A stretch of 64,000 bases of DNA from Novosphingobium sp. (GTDB taxonomy: Bacteria; Pseudomonadota; Alphaproteobacteria; Sphingomonadales; Sphingomonadaceae). The DNA lies in the NCBI GenBank assembly GCA_046290865.1, contig JBKBUD010000003.1:8600-72599 (forward strand), written 5' to 3'. Below are positions 20,173-32,700 of this stretch, piece after piece; within the stretch, counting starts at the first letter, position 1, and each line of letters begins with the position of its first letter. The notes beneath the pieces are model-generated. The model was not told the DNA's origin. It did no database searches and saw nothing but the letters and a program-made list of their open reading frames with translations. Made by a program: the position numbers and the translations under genes.

Positions 20173-20929
20173 TGGCAAGCAATTGCGCGCTCTTGCGGCG
20201 GGCGTGGCAGCCATTGCCGGGCTCGCGCTGGCGGGCGGAGCCGTGGCGCAATCGGTCGTGGTACGTTCGACCGGGCCGTCCTCGGCGACCTATCCGCAAG
20301 GCAAGAAGCTGCCCGCCGATGCTTCGGTGGTGCTCAAGGCCGGCGATCACGTCACCGTGCTCGACAAGGCGGGCACGCGCGTGCTGAACGGGCCGGGCAC
20401 CTTTGCGCTCAATGGTGCTATCAATCGCGATGCACCGGCTGGCGGGACTGCGCTGGCAGCGATGATGGCGCGTGGCGGTGCGTCGCGTACCCGTACCGGG
20501 GCCGTGCGCGGCGCTCCGGCAGGGCCGGTGGCAGCTGCGCCGAGCGGGCCGGAAAACGTCTGGTACATCGACGTCAGCAAGGGCGGAACTTACTGCGTTG
20601 CCGATCCGGCAACCGTGGTCCTGTGGCGGCCTGAGAAGACAGAAGAGGGCACCGGCAAGCTCCTTTCGCAGGATGGCAGCATGGCCGACGTCACCTGGCG
20701 CGCAGGGAGCGCGCTCAAGGTCTGGCCGGCCGCCAGCGTGCCCGTGGTAGATGGGCAGACCTACACGTTCAGCAATGCCGTTGGCATGCCCGTCAAGATC
20801 CGCACTATGGTCATGGCTAACGTGCCGTCGGACGAGCTTGAAGTGGCTGGCGCGATGGCGGAGAGGGGCTGCAATGCGCAACTCGACCTGCTGGCGAACC
20901 TTGCTCAGACAACCCAAGCCGGAGGCTGA
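20159..20929 (+). CDS. Hypothetical exported protein (paralogue A)
   Basis: SD and ATG overlap the cyclase 3' end; signal peptide ending AVA-Q; paralogous to the next gene. Confidence 0.8.
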   Translation: MFLVDGKQLRALAAGVAAIAGLALAGGAVAQSVVVRSTGPSSATYPQGKKLPADASVVLKAGDHVTVLDKAGTRVLNGPGTFALNGAINRDAPAGGTALAAMMARGGASRTRTGAVRGAPAGPVAAAPSGPENVWYIDVSKGGTYCVADPATVVLWRPEKTEEGTGKLLSQDGSMADVTWRAGSALKVWPAASVPVVDGQTYTFSNAVGMPVKIRTMVMANVPSDELEVAGAMAERGCNAQLDLLANLAQTTQAGG

Positions 20930-20932
20930 ATA

Positions 20933-21703
20933 ATGCGTCGCAAGCGATTGGGTTTCCTTGGTGTTCTCGGTCTCGCAGGTCTGCTTGTCGTCACCTCTCA
21001 GGCAGCGTTCGCACAGGCCGTAGTGGTGCGATCGACCGGGCCATCGGCGGTGGCCTACCCGAAGGGAAAGCGGCTTCCTGCCAATGCTTCCGTCGTATTG
21101 AAGGCAGGGGACGTCGTGACCGTGCTCGACAAGGCGGGAACCCGTGTGCTCAAGGGCGCCGGATCGTTCACGCTTGACAATGCCGTCAATCGCGATCGCA
21201 GCGCAGCGGCCTTGCTCGCACGGTCGCTCAGCAATCCGGCCTCGGTGCGGGCTGGGGCCGTACGCGGTGCGGGCGATACATCCGGTGAAAACGTGATGCC
21301 GGTGAGCATCTGGCTGGCGGATACGACCGAGGGCGGCAACGTCTGCGTGCCACGGGGAAGCGACCTCTATTTGTGGCGTGCCGAGGGCAAGTCGCGCAGC
21401 TTCACTTGGCTGACGGAAAGCGCAGGCGGTGAAATGGTTCGCATGCAGTGGCCACCAAAGACGGTTGGCATCGCCTGGCCGAAGACCATGCTCGCCCCGC
21501 AGGAAGGCCGCACCTATCGCATCTACGACGAGACCACGCCCGACAAGGCGGCAGAGTTTCGTATCGTCATGCTCGAGCCCGAGGCCGTTCCGGCAGACGC
21601 CGCGTCGCTTGGCACGCTGCTGCTCGACAACGGTTGCAAGGCACAATTCGATTGGCTTGCAGCAACCCTTGCAGAACCGGAAATACTGGAGCAACATCCT
21701 TAG
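20933..21703 (+). CDS. Hypothetical exported protein (paralogue B)
   Basis: Signal peptide ending AFA-Q; N-terminal ~60 aa closely match paralogue A; same length (256 aa). Confidence 0.8.
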   Translation: MRRKRLGFLGVLGLAGLLVVTSQAAFAQAVVVRSTGPSAVAYPKGKRLPANASVVLKAGDVVTVLDKAGTRVLKGAGSFTLDNAVNRDRSAAALLARSLSNPASVRAGAVRGAGDTSGENVMPVSIWLADTTEGGNVCVPRGSDLYLWRAEGKSRSFTWLTESAGGEMVRMQWPPKTVGIAWPKTMLAPQEGRTYRIYDETTPDKAAEFRIVMLEPEAVPADAASLGTLLLDNGCKAQFDWLAATLAEPEILEQHP

Positions 21704-21816
21704 GGAAAGTACGTTGACCGGTTTTGCCCGGTTGGATATTTTCTCAAAAATAACAAGGTCTTGTTAGGCCACTGAAGTTAACCGCCACGGGTCGCACCTG
21801 TGGAGATTCGACTAAA

Positions 21817-23709
21817 ATGGCCGATTACGCTGCCGCCACGCCCTGCGTCAAAGGGGCACTCCCTGCTCCAATGCGGGACGAGCCGCCAATTGCCGGTCGT
21901 CGATCGGCGACTGGTCTGGCTCTTCGGGCGGCAGCACTCGCATCGGTTCTTACCCTGGGTCTGATCGGAACAGTTGCTTCTGCGCAGACTGTGCCACCGC
22001 CTTCGATCCAGCCCCCGACCCGTGAGGAAATCCAGCGCGGGGTTGCAGAAGGTACGCTGAATCGCAGCGGTCCGGTTGCCGTTGACGCTTCAGCGATCGA
22101 GCGCGCACCGTGCCCTCTTGCGGCGCCGGACTTCGCCGGAATCCGGCTCAAGCTGTCGTCGGTCACCTTTTCCGGCATGCAGGATCTGCCCGGCTTCGAT
22201 CTGCAGCAGAGCTACGCCGAGTTTCTCGGGACAGAGCAGCCGGTTTCGGTGATCTGCGAGATCCGCGACCGCGCCGCGACGGCCCTGCGTCAGGCAGGCT
22301 ACCTTGCGGCCGTGCAGGTGCCCCCGCAGAAGATCGATGGTGGCGCGGTGAGGCTCGACGTGCTGCTGGCTCATCTCAAGCGGGTGCAGGTCAAGGGCGA
22401 TCCGGGACGCTCGGAAAAAGCCCTGCTGCGCTATCTGAACAAGCTGACGCAAGAGCCTGTTTTCAATACGCACAAGGCTGAGCGGTACCTGCTGCTGGCC
22501 AAGGATGTTCCGGGCCTAGATGTGCGTCTCGCGTTGCGTCCGCTCGAAGGGTCGCCAGGTGAGGTAGTCGGCGAAGTCTCGGTCCGCCGCATACCGGTCT
22601 ATGCCGAAGTAGGGGTGCAGAATTACGGTTCGCGTGCGGTTGGTCGCTACAGCGGGCTTGCGCGCGTCCAGCTGAACGGGCTCACCGGGCTGGGAGATTC
22701 GACGACCGCCAGCTTCTTTGCAACGACCGACCTTCACGAGCAGAAGGTGCTCCAGCTCGGCCATGAAATGCGCATTGGCGGCGAAGGCTTCAGCTTGCGG
22801 GGAGACTTCACCTACGGCTGGACCAATCCGACCGTGATCGATGCGAGAGCCGACTTCCACTCGCGGACACTGTCTGCCTCGCTCGAAGGCAGCTACCCGG
22901 TGATCCGCTCGCAGGCCTACAACCTTTCGCTCGCCCTCGGTGGCCAGATTGCCGATCAGGACCTCGATTTCGGCAGCATTCCGCTCAACAAGGACCGCCT
23001 GCGGGTGCTTTACCTGCGCGCGGACACCAACGGAGTCAGCCGCCGCAGTCTCACCGGGGCAGACGGGTTTACCCCGTTTGAACCGCACTGGTCGTGGGGA
23101 CTGTCTCTCGAAGCGCGTCATGGCGTCGACGTGTTCGGGGCAACCAAGGGATGTCTTGGCGCGCTGGCGCCGACGTGCCGCGGGGCAGGGAAGATCACGC
23201 CAAGCCGCATCGAGGGCACGGCCAAGGGCTTCGTCCTGCGGGTTTCAGGAACCTTCGACTATCGCCCGATCCGCAAGCTGACCTTCAGCTTGCAGCCGCG
23301 CGCCCAGTATTCGCCAGACAAGCTCCTGTCCTACGAAGAGTTTTCCGGCGGTAACTACACCATCGGACGCGGCTACGATCCGGGCGCCGTGATCGGTGAC
23401 AGCGGTGTGGGTGTGCGCGGTGAAGTGCGCGTCGGCTCGCTTATCCCGAAGGTTGTCGGTGGCACCGCGCTCCAGCCCTATGCCTTTGTCGATGCGGCAT
23501 GGGTGTGGAATCACGACAGCACGTTCGACGGGCTCGATCCGCAAAAGGTCGTCTCGGTCGGCGGTGGCCTTCGGGCAGCAATCCGTGATGCGATCCGGCT
23601 TGATGCCGGTGTCGCCGTGCCCCTGCACGATCCGCTGGGCCTGAACGTCAAGGGCAAGGCCCGGTTCATGCTCAATCTTTCGTTCCAGCTCCTGCCGTGG
23701 AGGCTGTGA
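21817..23709 (+). CDS. ShlB/FhaC/HecB-family two-partner secretion transporter (TpsB)
   Basis: POTRA-like GYLAAVQVPPQ; NYGSRAVGR barrel start; loop-6 motif GGNYTIGRGY; stop overlaps the start of the giant exoprotein (TGATG). Start may lie further downstream. Confidence 0.9.
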   Translation: MADYAAATPCVKGALPAPMRDEPPIAGRRSATGLALRAAALASVLTLGLIGTVASAQTVPPPSIQPPTREEIQRGVAEGTLNRSGPVAVDASAIERAPCPLAAPDFAGIRLKLSSVTFSGMQDLPGFDLQQSYAEFLGTEQPVSVICEIRDRAATALRQAGYLAAVQVPPQKIDGGAVRLDVLLAHLKRVQVKGDPGRSEKALLRYLNKLTQEPVFNTHKAERYLLLAKDVPGLDVRLALRPLEGSPGEVVGEVSVRRIPVYAEVGVQNYGSRAVGRYSGLARVQLNGLTGLGDSTTASFFATTDLHEQKVLQLGHEMRIGGEGFSLRGDFTYGWTNPTVIDARADFHSRTLSASLEGSYPVIRSQAYNLSLALGGQIADQDLDFGSIPLNKDRLRVLYLRADTNGVSRRSLTGADGFTPFEPHWSWGLSLEARHGVDVFGATKGCLGALAPTCRGAGKITPSRIEGTAKGFVLRVSGTFDYRPIRKLTFSLQPRAQYSPDKLLSYEEFSGGNYTIGRGYDPGAVIGDSGVGVRGEVRVGSLIPKVVGGTALQPYAFVDAAWVWNHDSTFDGLDPQKVVSVGGGLRAAIRDAIRLDAGVAVPLHDPLGLNVKGKARFMLNLSFQLLPWRL

Positions 23710-26700
23710 TGCCCCGTTCTGGCCCCCGTAGTGGTAAGGTTTCGTCGCACACCCACCGCAAGCCCGGCGTTGCCCGATTGCTTGCAGGCGTATCCATTGG
23801 TGCCGCGTCGCTCGTCCTTGCCGCGTCGCCGCTGAACGCGCAGGCCGTCAACGGTACGCCAACCCCGCAATTCGGCATCGGCGGCATCTCGCGCTCGACG
23901 CCGGGTCTTGATGCGGTCTTCGTCACGGGCAGCGAAGCCCTGGTCGACTGGACGGCGAGCGACAGCGGCGGCGTGTTCCTGCCCGAGGGCAACACCCTGC
24001 GCTTCATCTACGACGGCAGCGCGCCCTATACGGTGCTGAACCGCGTGACCGACACTGCTGTCGGGGGGCCTCTGTCGATTTCCGGGACGGTGGAATCAAG
24101 TAGCCTGGGCAAGGTCTGGTTCTACAACGCCGGCGGCTGGGTTGTCGGGCCCAAGGGCGTGTTCAACGTTGGCAGCCTTGTGCTCACGTCCCTGCCGATA
24201 GCCGTCGATCCCGCCACCGACACAGTCTCGCGTCTCTATGGTGACAAGAACGAGATCCGCTTCGGTTCTGCGCTAGACCCCAAGTCTTCGGTGACCATCC
24301 AGTCGGGGGCGCAGATCAACGCCAGCCTTGCCAACAGCAGCTACGTGGCCTTGGTGGCGCCACGCGTGGAGCAGGCGGGCACGGTCTCGGTCAACGGCTC
24401 CGCAGCCTATGTCGCGGCCCAAGCTGCGACCATGACCATCAACAGCGGCTTGTTCGACATCGTCGTCGACAGTGGCAGCGATGACCTTGAAGGCGTCGTT
24501 CATACCGGCACCACCAAATGGCCAGCCAACGCCAGTTCCACCGATGCCAACCACCGGGTCTATCTTGTCGCCGTGCCCAAGAATCAGGCGATGACTGCGG
24601 TAGTCTCGGGCTCGCTCGGCTATGACGGGGCGACCTCGGCAAGTGTAGTCGATGGCTCGATTGTGCTTTCGGCGGGCTACAATGTCATCGGCGGCGACGT
24701 TGTCTCCACCAACCCGGTCGGTGGCGATGCCTCGCTGGCGATCAGCGGGCTGACCGTCGGCCAGAAGGGCGCGACAACCAACCTGACGGGTCTCGCCACG
24801 GGCGATGTGACGATTGACGCCCGAGGGTCGACGACATCCGTTCGCGGCTCGGTCGATCTCGTGGCTCGGGGCAACATCTCGGCGACGATCGACAAGACCA
24901 ATGCGCTGCTGGTCGACAGCGACCTTTCCCTTGGCTCGCTGAATGGCGCGAAGGCCGGGAACGTCTCGGTATCGGTGGCAGGCGGCGGCTTGCTGGCAGT
25001 TGGCGGCACGCTTGATCTGTATTCGATTGCCACTGGTGCGATCCAGACCGACCCGTTGAACGGCGATGCCTTGCTGGCTGCAAGCGTTGGCGAGGACGCC
25101 GTATCGGGCAATGTCCGCCTGACCGTCAACGACGCCAACTTCAGCCTCGGCGGTTCTGCGCTGACCAGCATCGCGACCTCGGGCGTAGGTGAGTTGTCTG
25201 CAGGCAGCGCGACGTCCGGGTCCGTCTCGATCAACATTGCCCAGACCGCTGGTGCCACTGCGACGTTCGGCGGTTCGCTTGGCGACGTGTCGCTCTACAC
25301 CAATGCGGCCAACGGCACATTCGGCCCGCAATCGCCGATCCGCGGCGGCAATTCAGTGTCGGGTGCGGCTACGCTTGCGGTAAACGGCGGCATCTTCGAT
25401 GCAACCAGCATATCGTTGGGTTCCGATGCGGTGACCTACGCGGGGTCCGAAGCAATACCGCTCGATGCGACGGCCGGGGCGGTCACGCTCAGCTTCGCGA
25501 ATGCCAATGGCACCTTCTTTACAGGCGGCATCAACGCCGGGAACTTCGCATCTGCCAGCGATGGCGGCATTGCCACGCTCGGTGACGTCAGCCTCTCATA
25601 CGACAATGTCCAGAGCGCGACGTCGGATTCGATCGGATCTATCGACCTCCAGTCTTTCGCGTTCGGCAATCTGGTCACGCCAAACACCGTGTCGTTGAGC
25701 CTGTCCGGCGGCTCCAGCCTCGAGACTTACGATTCCGTGGTCTCTCTCTTTGCCCAAGGTCGCAACAGCACCGGGGCACAGCTTGCGGGCAATGTCGCTT
25801 TCCTGGCCGATGCCAGCACATTGAACGCAGCGCGGCTCGACATGACTTCGCAGGCCCTTGGGGGCGACAGTGGCAGCGATGCGGTGGGGGGCAATGTCAG
25901 CGCAATATTGCGCAACGGCGCCAACCTCGCGCTGGGCAACCTGGCCTCTCTGCGATCGACCGCGCGGGGCGGCAATGGGCCGGACGGTGGCAATGGCACT
26001 GGCGGCGATGTGTCGTTCACCCTCGCCGATTCATCCTTCACCGGCGATCTCGGCCTCAGTTCCAACGGCGTAGCCGGGCAACGCTCGGATGCAGGCGGGC
26101 GCTCCGGCATCGGCCAAGGCGGCAAGGTTTCCTTCAGCCAGACCGGCAAGGCGGCAAGCTTCCTTGGCAATACGGTGACCTTGGACAGCCTTGGTCAGGG
26201 CGGCAGACCGGCCATTTCCGCCCGCACGGGGCTCGTGGCCCAGGCGGGTGACGGTGCTGCAGGTGTCGGGGGCGATGCTTCCTTCAGTGTCGCGGAGGGC
26301 ACATTCAGGGCTTCGTCCCTGACCGTCGGGGCGAACGGCGAGGGTGGCAACGCGCAGAACGTCGCCGGTTTCGCACCGGGCACCGGCGGCAGCGGATCGG
26401 GCGGGTCGGCAGCCCTGTCTGTCACCGGCGGCCTCCTGACAGTCAACACCGTCGACGTGACCGCATCAGGCTTTGGCGGTGACGGTGCACAATCGTCCGA
26501 TGCTCTCGGCATAGTCGGTGGCATCGGCGGCGCTGGCACCGGTGGCAGCGCAACAGTCAATCTCACTGGTGGGACCTTGCAGACGCAGGGTCTCACCATC
26601 GAAGCCAACGGCAACAAATCGCAATTCGACGGCTTCGAGTTCAGCTACTTCGGCAACGGCGGCAACGATTTCTTCGGCACGGGCGCAGGGGGCGCAGGCG

Positions 26701-29700
26701 GTGTTGGCACAGGCGGAAACGCACTGCTGACAGTCGACGGCGGAACGCTGGGCGAGGTGACCCTTTCGTCGGCGGGCCTTCCGGTGACGGTAACTGTGAA
26801 CGCAATCGGTGAGGGCGGCGCCGGCGGCTACGCCTTCACCATGGCCACGGGGGCGGGCAATCGGTCCGGAGCCGGTGGCGACGGCCAGGGTGGCACTGCT
26901 GCTATCCGGCACCTGTCGGGCACGCTGGATGCCCAGACGATCGGAATCGATGCGACGGGTCTCGGCGGGCTGCCGGGCAACGATGCCGCAACTGTGGGCG
27001 AGTTCGCTCTTAACGCCGGCAAAGGCGGCGATGGTGCCGGGGGCACTTCCACGTTCGAGATCGCAACCGACTTCGCCTCGACGACACTATCCGGCAGCAC
27101 CCGCTCCGTCGACGTGCGCGCGGACGGCATCGGGCAGGCTGGCGAAAGCGGCCTGATCGGCGGGGCTGGCGGCAGTGGTACTGGCGGTACGGCACGCATT
27201 CTGGCGACCGGCGGTAACTCCTCGCTTTCGGCGCCTGTCCTGTCAGCCGAAGGGATGGGGAAGGCCGGAGGCAACTCCACCGATGGATACCGGGGCGGCG
27301 CGGGCGGTAGCGGCACAGGCGGGCAGGCGCTGGTCGCGGTTATCGGCGACGGAACGCGGTTGGGCGTCGACAATGCGTCGTTGCGGGTTTCGGGGACCGG
27401 TGGTGTCGGCGGCCGTGGCGGCCTCGGTTCCGATCCGGTCGACGAAGCCGGTGATGGAGGTGACGGCGGCGCCGGGACCGGTGGCGCGATCGGCCTGGTC
27501 GCTTCGAACTTCGGGCAGCTTTCCATCTCGGGCACGGCAGGTTCGTCATTCGCTGCCAGCGGTACGGGTGGCAAAGGCGGGCTTGGTGGCAACTCGGCCT
27601 TCAACGGCTGGAGGACGTTGGGCGACGGCGGCGACGGCGGCATCGGCCGTGGCGGTACGTTCGACGCGCTAGCCGAAAGCGGCGGCACGGTCACGTTCGA
27701 CGATCTCACGCTCACTCTCAACGGACAAGGCGGGGCGGGTGGATCATTCGCCTCGCTCGACGTCAGCGGCACTTATGACCAGTCGGTCGGCGGCGCAGGC
27801 GGGGCGGGCTTCGGCGGCGCCATCAACCTCCAGGCTGTAGGGCTGGATTCGCGGCTGGAAGCGCCGAGCCTCGTGGCCGACGCCACTGGTCGCGGTGGCG
27901 CAGGCGTGGATGGCTTCGGCTATGCTGCCGACGGCAGTTCTGCCAATGGCAGCGCCGGGGGCAGTGCCACCGGCGGCAACATTTCGATCCTCGCCGATGC
28001 AGGAGGCGCGATTGCGCTGGCCACGGGGGACGGCAACGTCGCACTTTCGGCCAACGCCCTGGGCGGCAATGGTGGGCGCGCTTTTGCCGCCATCACCGCA
28101 CCGACCGGGATCGGTGGCAATGGCGGCAATGGCGGAGACAGCGGCGCGGGCACGGGCGGCACGATTGCCATTACGGCGTCCGACAGCGGGAATGCCTCGC
28201 TGGGCCTGCTCGGCACGGTCACGCTCTCGGCAAATGGTACTGGCGGCCTCGCTGGTCTCGGCGGCGATGGCGCGAACTCGACGGCTCCCGTCACGCTGGG
28301 CGGCAGTGGCGGCAACAACGGGCTGGCCAATGCTGGCAGGGGCGGCGCGATCTCGGTCGGTGCAACCGGAGCGACCGCGCGCTTTGGCACGCTGGCCGTC
28401 AACGCCACCGGCGAAACGTTCGATCGGCCTTTTGGCGGAGCAGGGGGTAGCGGAACCAGCGGGCTCGGTCTGCCAGGTAGCTCGGCTTTCGTCACGCCCT
28501 CTGGCGGAACGGTGTCGTTTTCCTCCGCCGACCTAGGCACGGCCAGCACCGGCTCGCTCGTTGCAGGTGACACCAGTGTCGATGTCACGTCCAAACGCAC
28601 GTTCCCACTGGCGTCCGGCGCTTTCATCAAGGAGCTTGGCGGGGCCATCTCGCTTACCTCGTCGAGCACGGCGACCACCGATGCGATGCGCTTTGCCAGT
28701 TTCTCCGGCAATGCTGCCGGGAGCGGGGCAGGATTCTCCGACCCGGCCATCTCGCTGACGGCGCTTTCGGGGCCAATCGCGTTCGATGGGGATCTCACTC
28801 TCCTGTCCGCAGGCGCCATCGCGCTTTCGGTGGGCGATGGCCTGACGGTCGGTGCAGGAGGCGCTGCGCGCTTCGTAAGCGACACCGGAATCGACATCGC
28901 CGCGACCGGTACCGGACGCTTTTCCGCAAATTCCATCCGGCTTGAAACGCTCGGCAGCGTCGGCATCACGTCGAGTTCTTGTGCCACGGCAACCTGCCGC
29001 CCCATCGAAGCGGCGACCAGCTTGGTCGTCGACGCACAGGGCAACTTCGCCATTTCAGGCCCTGCGGTCGTGGCGGGCCTCGGGTCGCTGGACGTCTATG
29101 CCTTTGGCAATGTCACCGGAAGCGCGAACAGCGGCTATCTCTCGAACGGCAGCCTGCGCGTGCGGGCGGGCAGCAATGCCACGATCCGCAACGCCAGCGG
29201 CAGCAGCCTCGATCTCGAAGCCGGCGCCGTTCCTGACGGGGTGACGCTGTATTACAACGGCCTCCTGACGCTTGGCGAGGCTGCAGGTGGCGGCGCGTTC
29301 AACGCGACGGGGGACATCGTCTTCGCCAGCGGTGGCGGTATTGCCGTGACCAACGGCAACAGCTTCAGCGCAGGCCGTGGCATCGATGTTCGTTCGGGCA
29401 ACGACATTGTCGTCGGCCAGAACAACAGCTTCACAGCCAACACAACTGCAACCGTTCCCGGCCTCCCGGTCAGATTCGCGGCGGGCAGTCTTACGCTGCA
29501 GTACTCGCTTGCCCCCACTGACATCGCGGCGCTGTCGTTCGGCAGTGGCACCACAGTTGCAGCAGGAACCGGCGCAATCGCGATTTCAGGCGCAGCGATC
29601 GATGCGAGGGTGGCAAGCTTCACCGGCGCAAGCTTCCGTGCCGACGTGCTGCAGACGCTGGGCCTGGCTTCGCCTCGCCGGAACAACAGCGAGCGTCTCG

Positions 29701-32700
29701 ATCCCGCGTGCCTTGAAGGTGCGATCTGCATCGGCAATGTCGACGTGACGGGCACGGTCCGCATCGGCAACACCGATACGGTTCCGCTCGACATTCGCGC
29801 GGTCGGCCGGATTGCCGGGTCTGACGTGCGGCTGCTGGCCACCGGTAACGTCACCCTTGAAGGCGTGGGACGTGTTTCGCAGATCGTTGCGTCGGGTAAT
29901 CTCTCGATCCGGTCAGTCTCACGCGAGATCGCGTTGCTGGGCGGTGCGGTGGTCGAGGGAGGCACCGTGCGTTTTGCTGCGGGCACAAATATCTCGGGCA
30001 CGGGCAACATCACTGCCACGGTCGATGACGTTGGCCTCTTTGCGGGCGGCGATATCGATGCAGCCTCGCTTACCGCCGCGCGCGAGCTGACGTCTGATCT
30101 TGCTGCTGGCGGCGTGGCCGAGGGAGCTTTCTCCACCATCGGGGCCTTGCGTGTCGGTACGCTCACGCTCGGCGCGAACGCCAACATCACCGCCGGCAAG
30201 AGCATCGAGATCGGTGCGCTGTCTCTGGGCGGCTTCAGCGGTACGCTCAAAGCCGGTACGCTGCTCGATCTCGGCTCAACCACCGAAGTGCAGGACCTGT
30301 CCCTGACGGCGGCGACCACCGTCCGCTTCACGTCGCCCTCCGTGGGCGGCAATCTGGCCATTTCGGGGCAGTCCGTCAGCGGTACGAGCGCGCAGGCAGA
30401 TGGCACCCTGTCGATCACCAGCGACGAGTTGACGGTCGACCAGCTTCAGTCGGCAGGTGACCTGACGCTGACGATCGCCAACACCGCTGCCCTGGGCTTG
30501 GTCGGCTCGACTGGTGGATCGGTGTTCATTGACCCGGCGACACTGACTTTCGACGCGATCACTTCGGCAAACGCCATAAGCCTCGCAGGCGGCACCATCA
30601 CCGGCGGCACACTCGACGCGGGAACCGGCATCGACGTCAATGCCAGCGGTGCCTTGACCCTCGCTTCGGCCAAGGCGGGCACGACTCTGTCTCTCGTGGC
30701 CGACAGCCTGCAGTCCGGCGCGCTCGACGCCGGGAGCAATCTTTCGCTGACTGTCACCAAGGGTGCTACCCTGACCGGGGCAGCAACGTCCGCAGGCGAC
30801 ATCACTGCCGGCTTCGGGACGCTTGATTTCACGACGCTGGATACCGCGGGACTTGTCAGCCTCGAGGGAACCGACCTTTCCGGCAACGGCATCACCTCAG
30901 GTACCAGTCTGACCGCGTTGCTGACGGGCGACTACGCGGTCACCAGTGCCGAAGCTGGAACCAGCCTAGCACTGCAAGCCGCGACGGCCACGGCGACTTC
31001 GCTGTCGGCCGGGGCAAATCTCGATGCGACGGTAACGGGACTTGCCGATCTGGCAGGCGTGACGGCAACAGGCGATCTCACGCTCACTGCAGGATCGCTG
31101 CTGTCGACGACGATCACCGCCGGGGGGCCCGTCGACATAGGCGTGAGCGGCAACGCGAGTGTCGGCTCCGCAAGCTCCGGCACCACGCTGACGGCCGACG
31201 TCGGCACACTGGACGCGGGCGATCTCGTGGCGGGGACGGTCTTGTCGCTGAAAGCCGCGACCACGGCGTCCATCACCGGCAAAGCCCAGGCCGGCACCGA
31301 TGCAACGATCAACGCAGCAAGCCTTGTCGGTGGATCGTTCATCGCCAGTGGCGATCTCGGCATCACCACCACTGGCGATGCCAGCTTTGTCGATGCTTCG
31401 GCAGGTGGCACCCTTACCGTGTCGAGCGCGGATCTGTCGTTCAACAGTCTCGCCGGCAAGACGGTTGGCGTCACGGCGGCCAACGTCCTCGGCAACCAGA
31501 TCGCCTTGACCGATGCCCTGACGATCAATGCGACCGGCAACGTCACCCTTGCGTTGATCGGCCCGACGGCAGGGACGGTCGATATCAAGGCTGCGAACCT
31601 TTCGCTGGATCTGATCAGCGCGGGAGATCTTGGCGTTGATGTCTCGGGCAATGCCCGGCTCGGCGCTGTGCTCGGCTCGGGCGCAGTAACCCTCTCGGCA
31701 GACAATCTTCTGGTCGACAACCTCTCTGCCGTGGGCACGGTGTCGCTGTCCGGCACGGGCATCAATGCCGGCACGATCCTTGCTGAAAGCGATCTCGGCA
31801 TTACGGCCACCGCCGACGTTGCGATCGACCGGGCCGCGGCGGGAGGTACGCTGAACATCACCGCAGCGGGCCTCGCTGCAAACACACTGGCTGCTGCCGG
31901 CGACCTTACTCTTCAGGTAACCAACACCGCCGCACTCGGCACGGTCACGTCGAGCGGCGGCTCGGTCGTCATCGATCCGGCGCTGTTGACGTTCAGCGCC
32001 ATCAACGCTTCGGGCGATATCACACTGAGTGGCGGCACGATCACCGGTGGCACGCTTGAAGCAGGCGGAGCTATCGATGCGACTGCGACCGCAGGTCTGA
32101 CCCTGACCACCGCCCTCTCGGGGACGACGCTTGGCCTCGCTGGAGCAAACATCGATGCCGCAAATCTGACTGCAGGCACCGACCTCACGCTGACGGCAAC
32201 GAACAGCATCAATATTGCAACCGCGGCCAGCGCGCCCAGAACGCTGACACTCTCCGCTCCCGATATTGCCTTCAAGCTGCTCGAAGGTGGCAGGGCGACT
32301 CTGACGGGAGGACAAGTCACCGGTGGCGACTTTACGGGAGAGAGCCTGTCGGTCGACATCACCGGGGCGCTTGCGCTCGGCAATGCCGTTGGCGACCATT
32401 TCGACCTGAAGGCCGGCAGCATTGCCGCCAGCTCCATTCAGGGCGTGACCAGTGGCCTCGGCTTCGACGTGGCCCTGACGGCGACCGGCGGCATCACCGT
32501 GGGCTCGGTGTCGAGCGGAAACGACTTGCTGATTTCTTCCGCCTCGCTTGATGCGACGACGCTTGACGCGGTGCGCAGCATCACGGTCAACGCCAGCGGC
32601 ACGGCAAACATCGGCGGCGCGGTTTCCTCGCTCGTCAGCATCACCGCGGGCAATCTCGGGCTGGATCTGGTTGACGCCAAGGACGTGACGATCGACGTCA

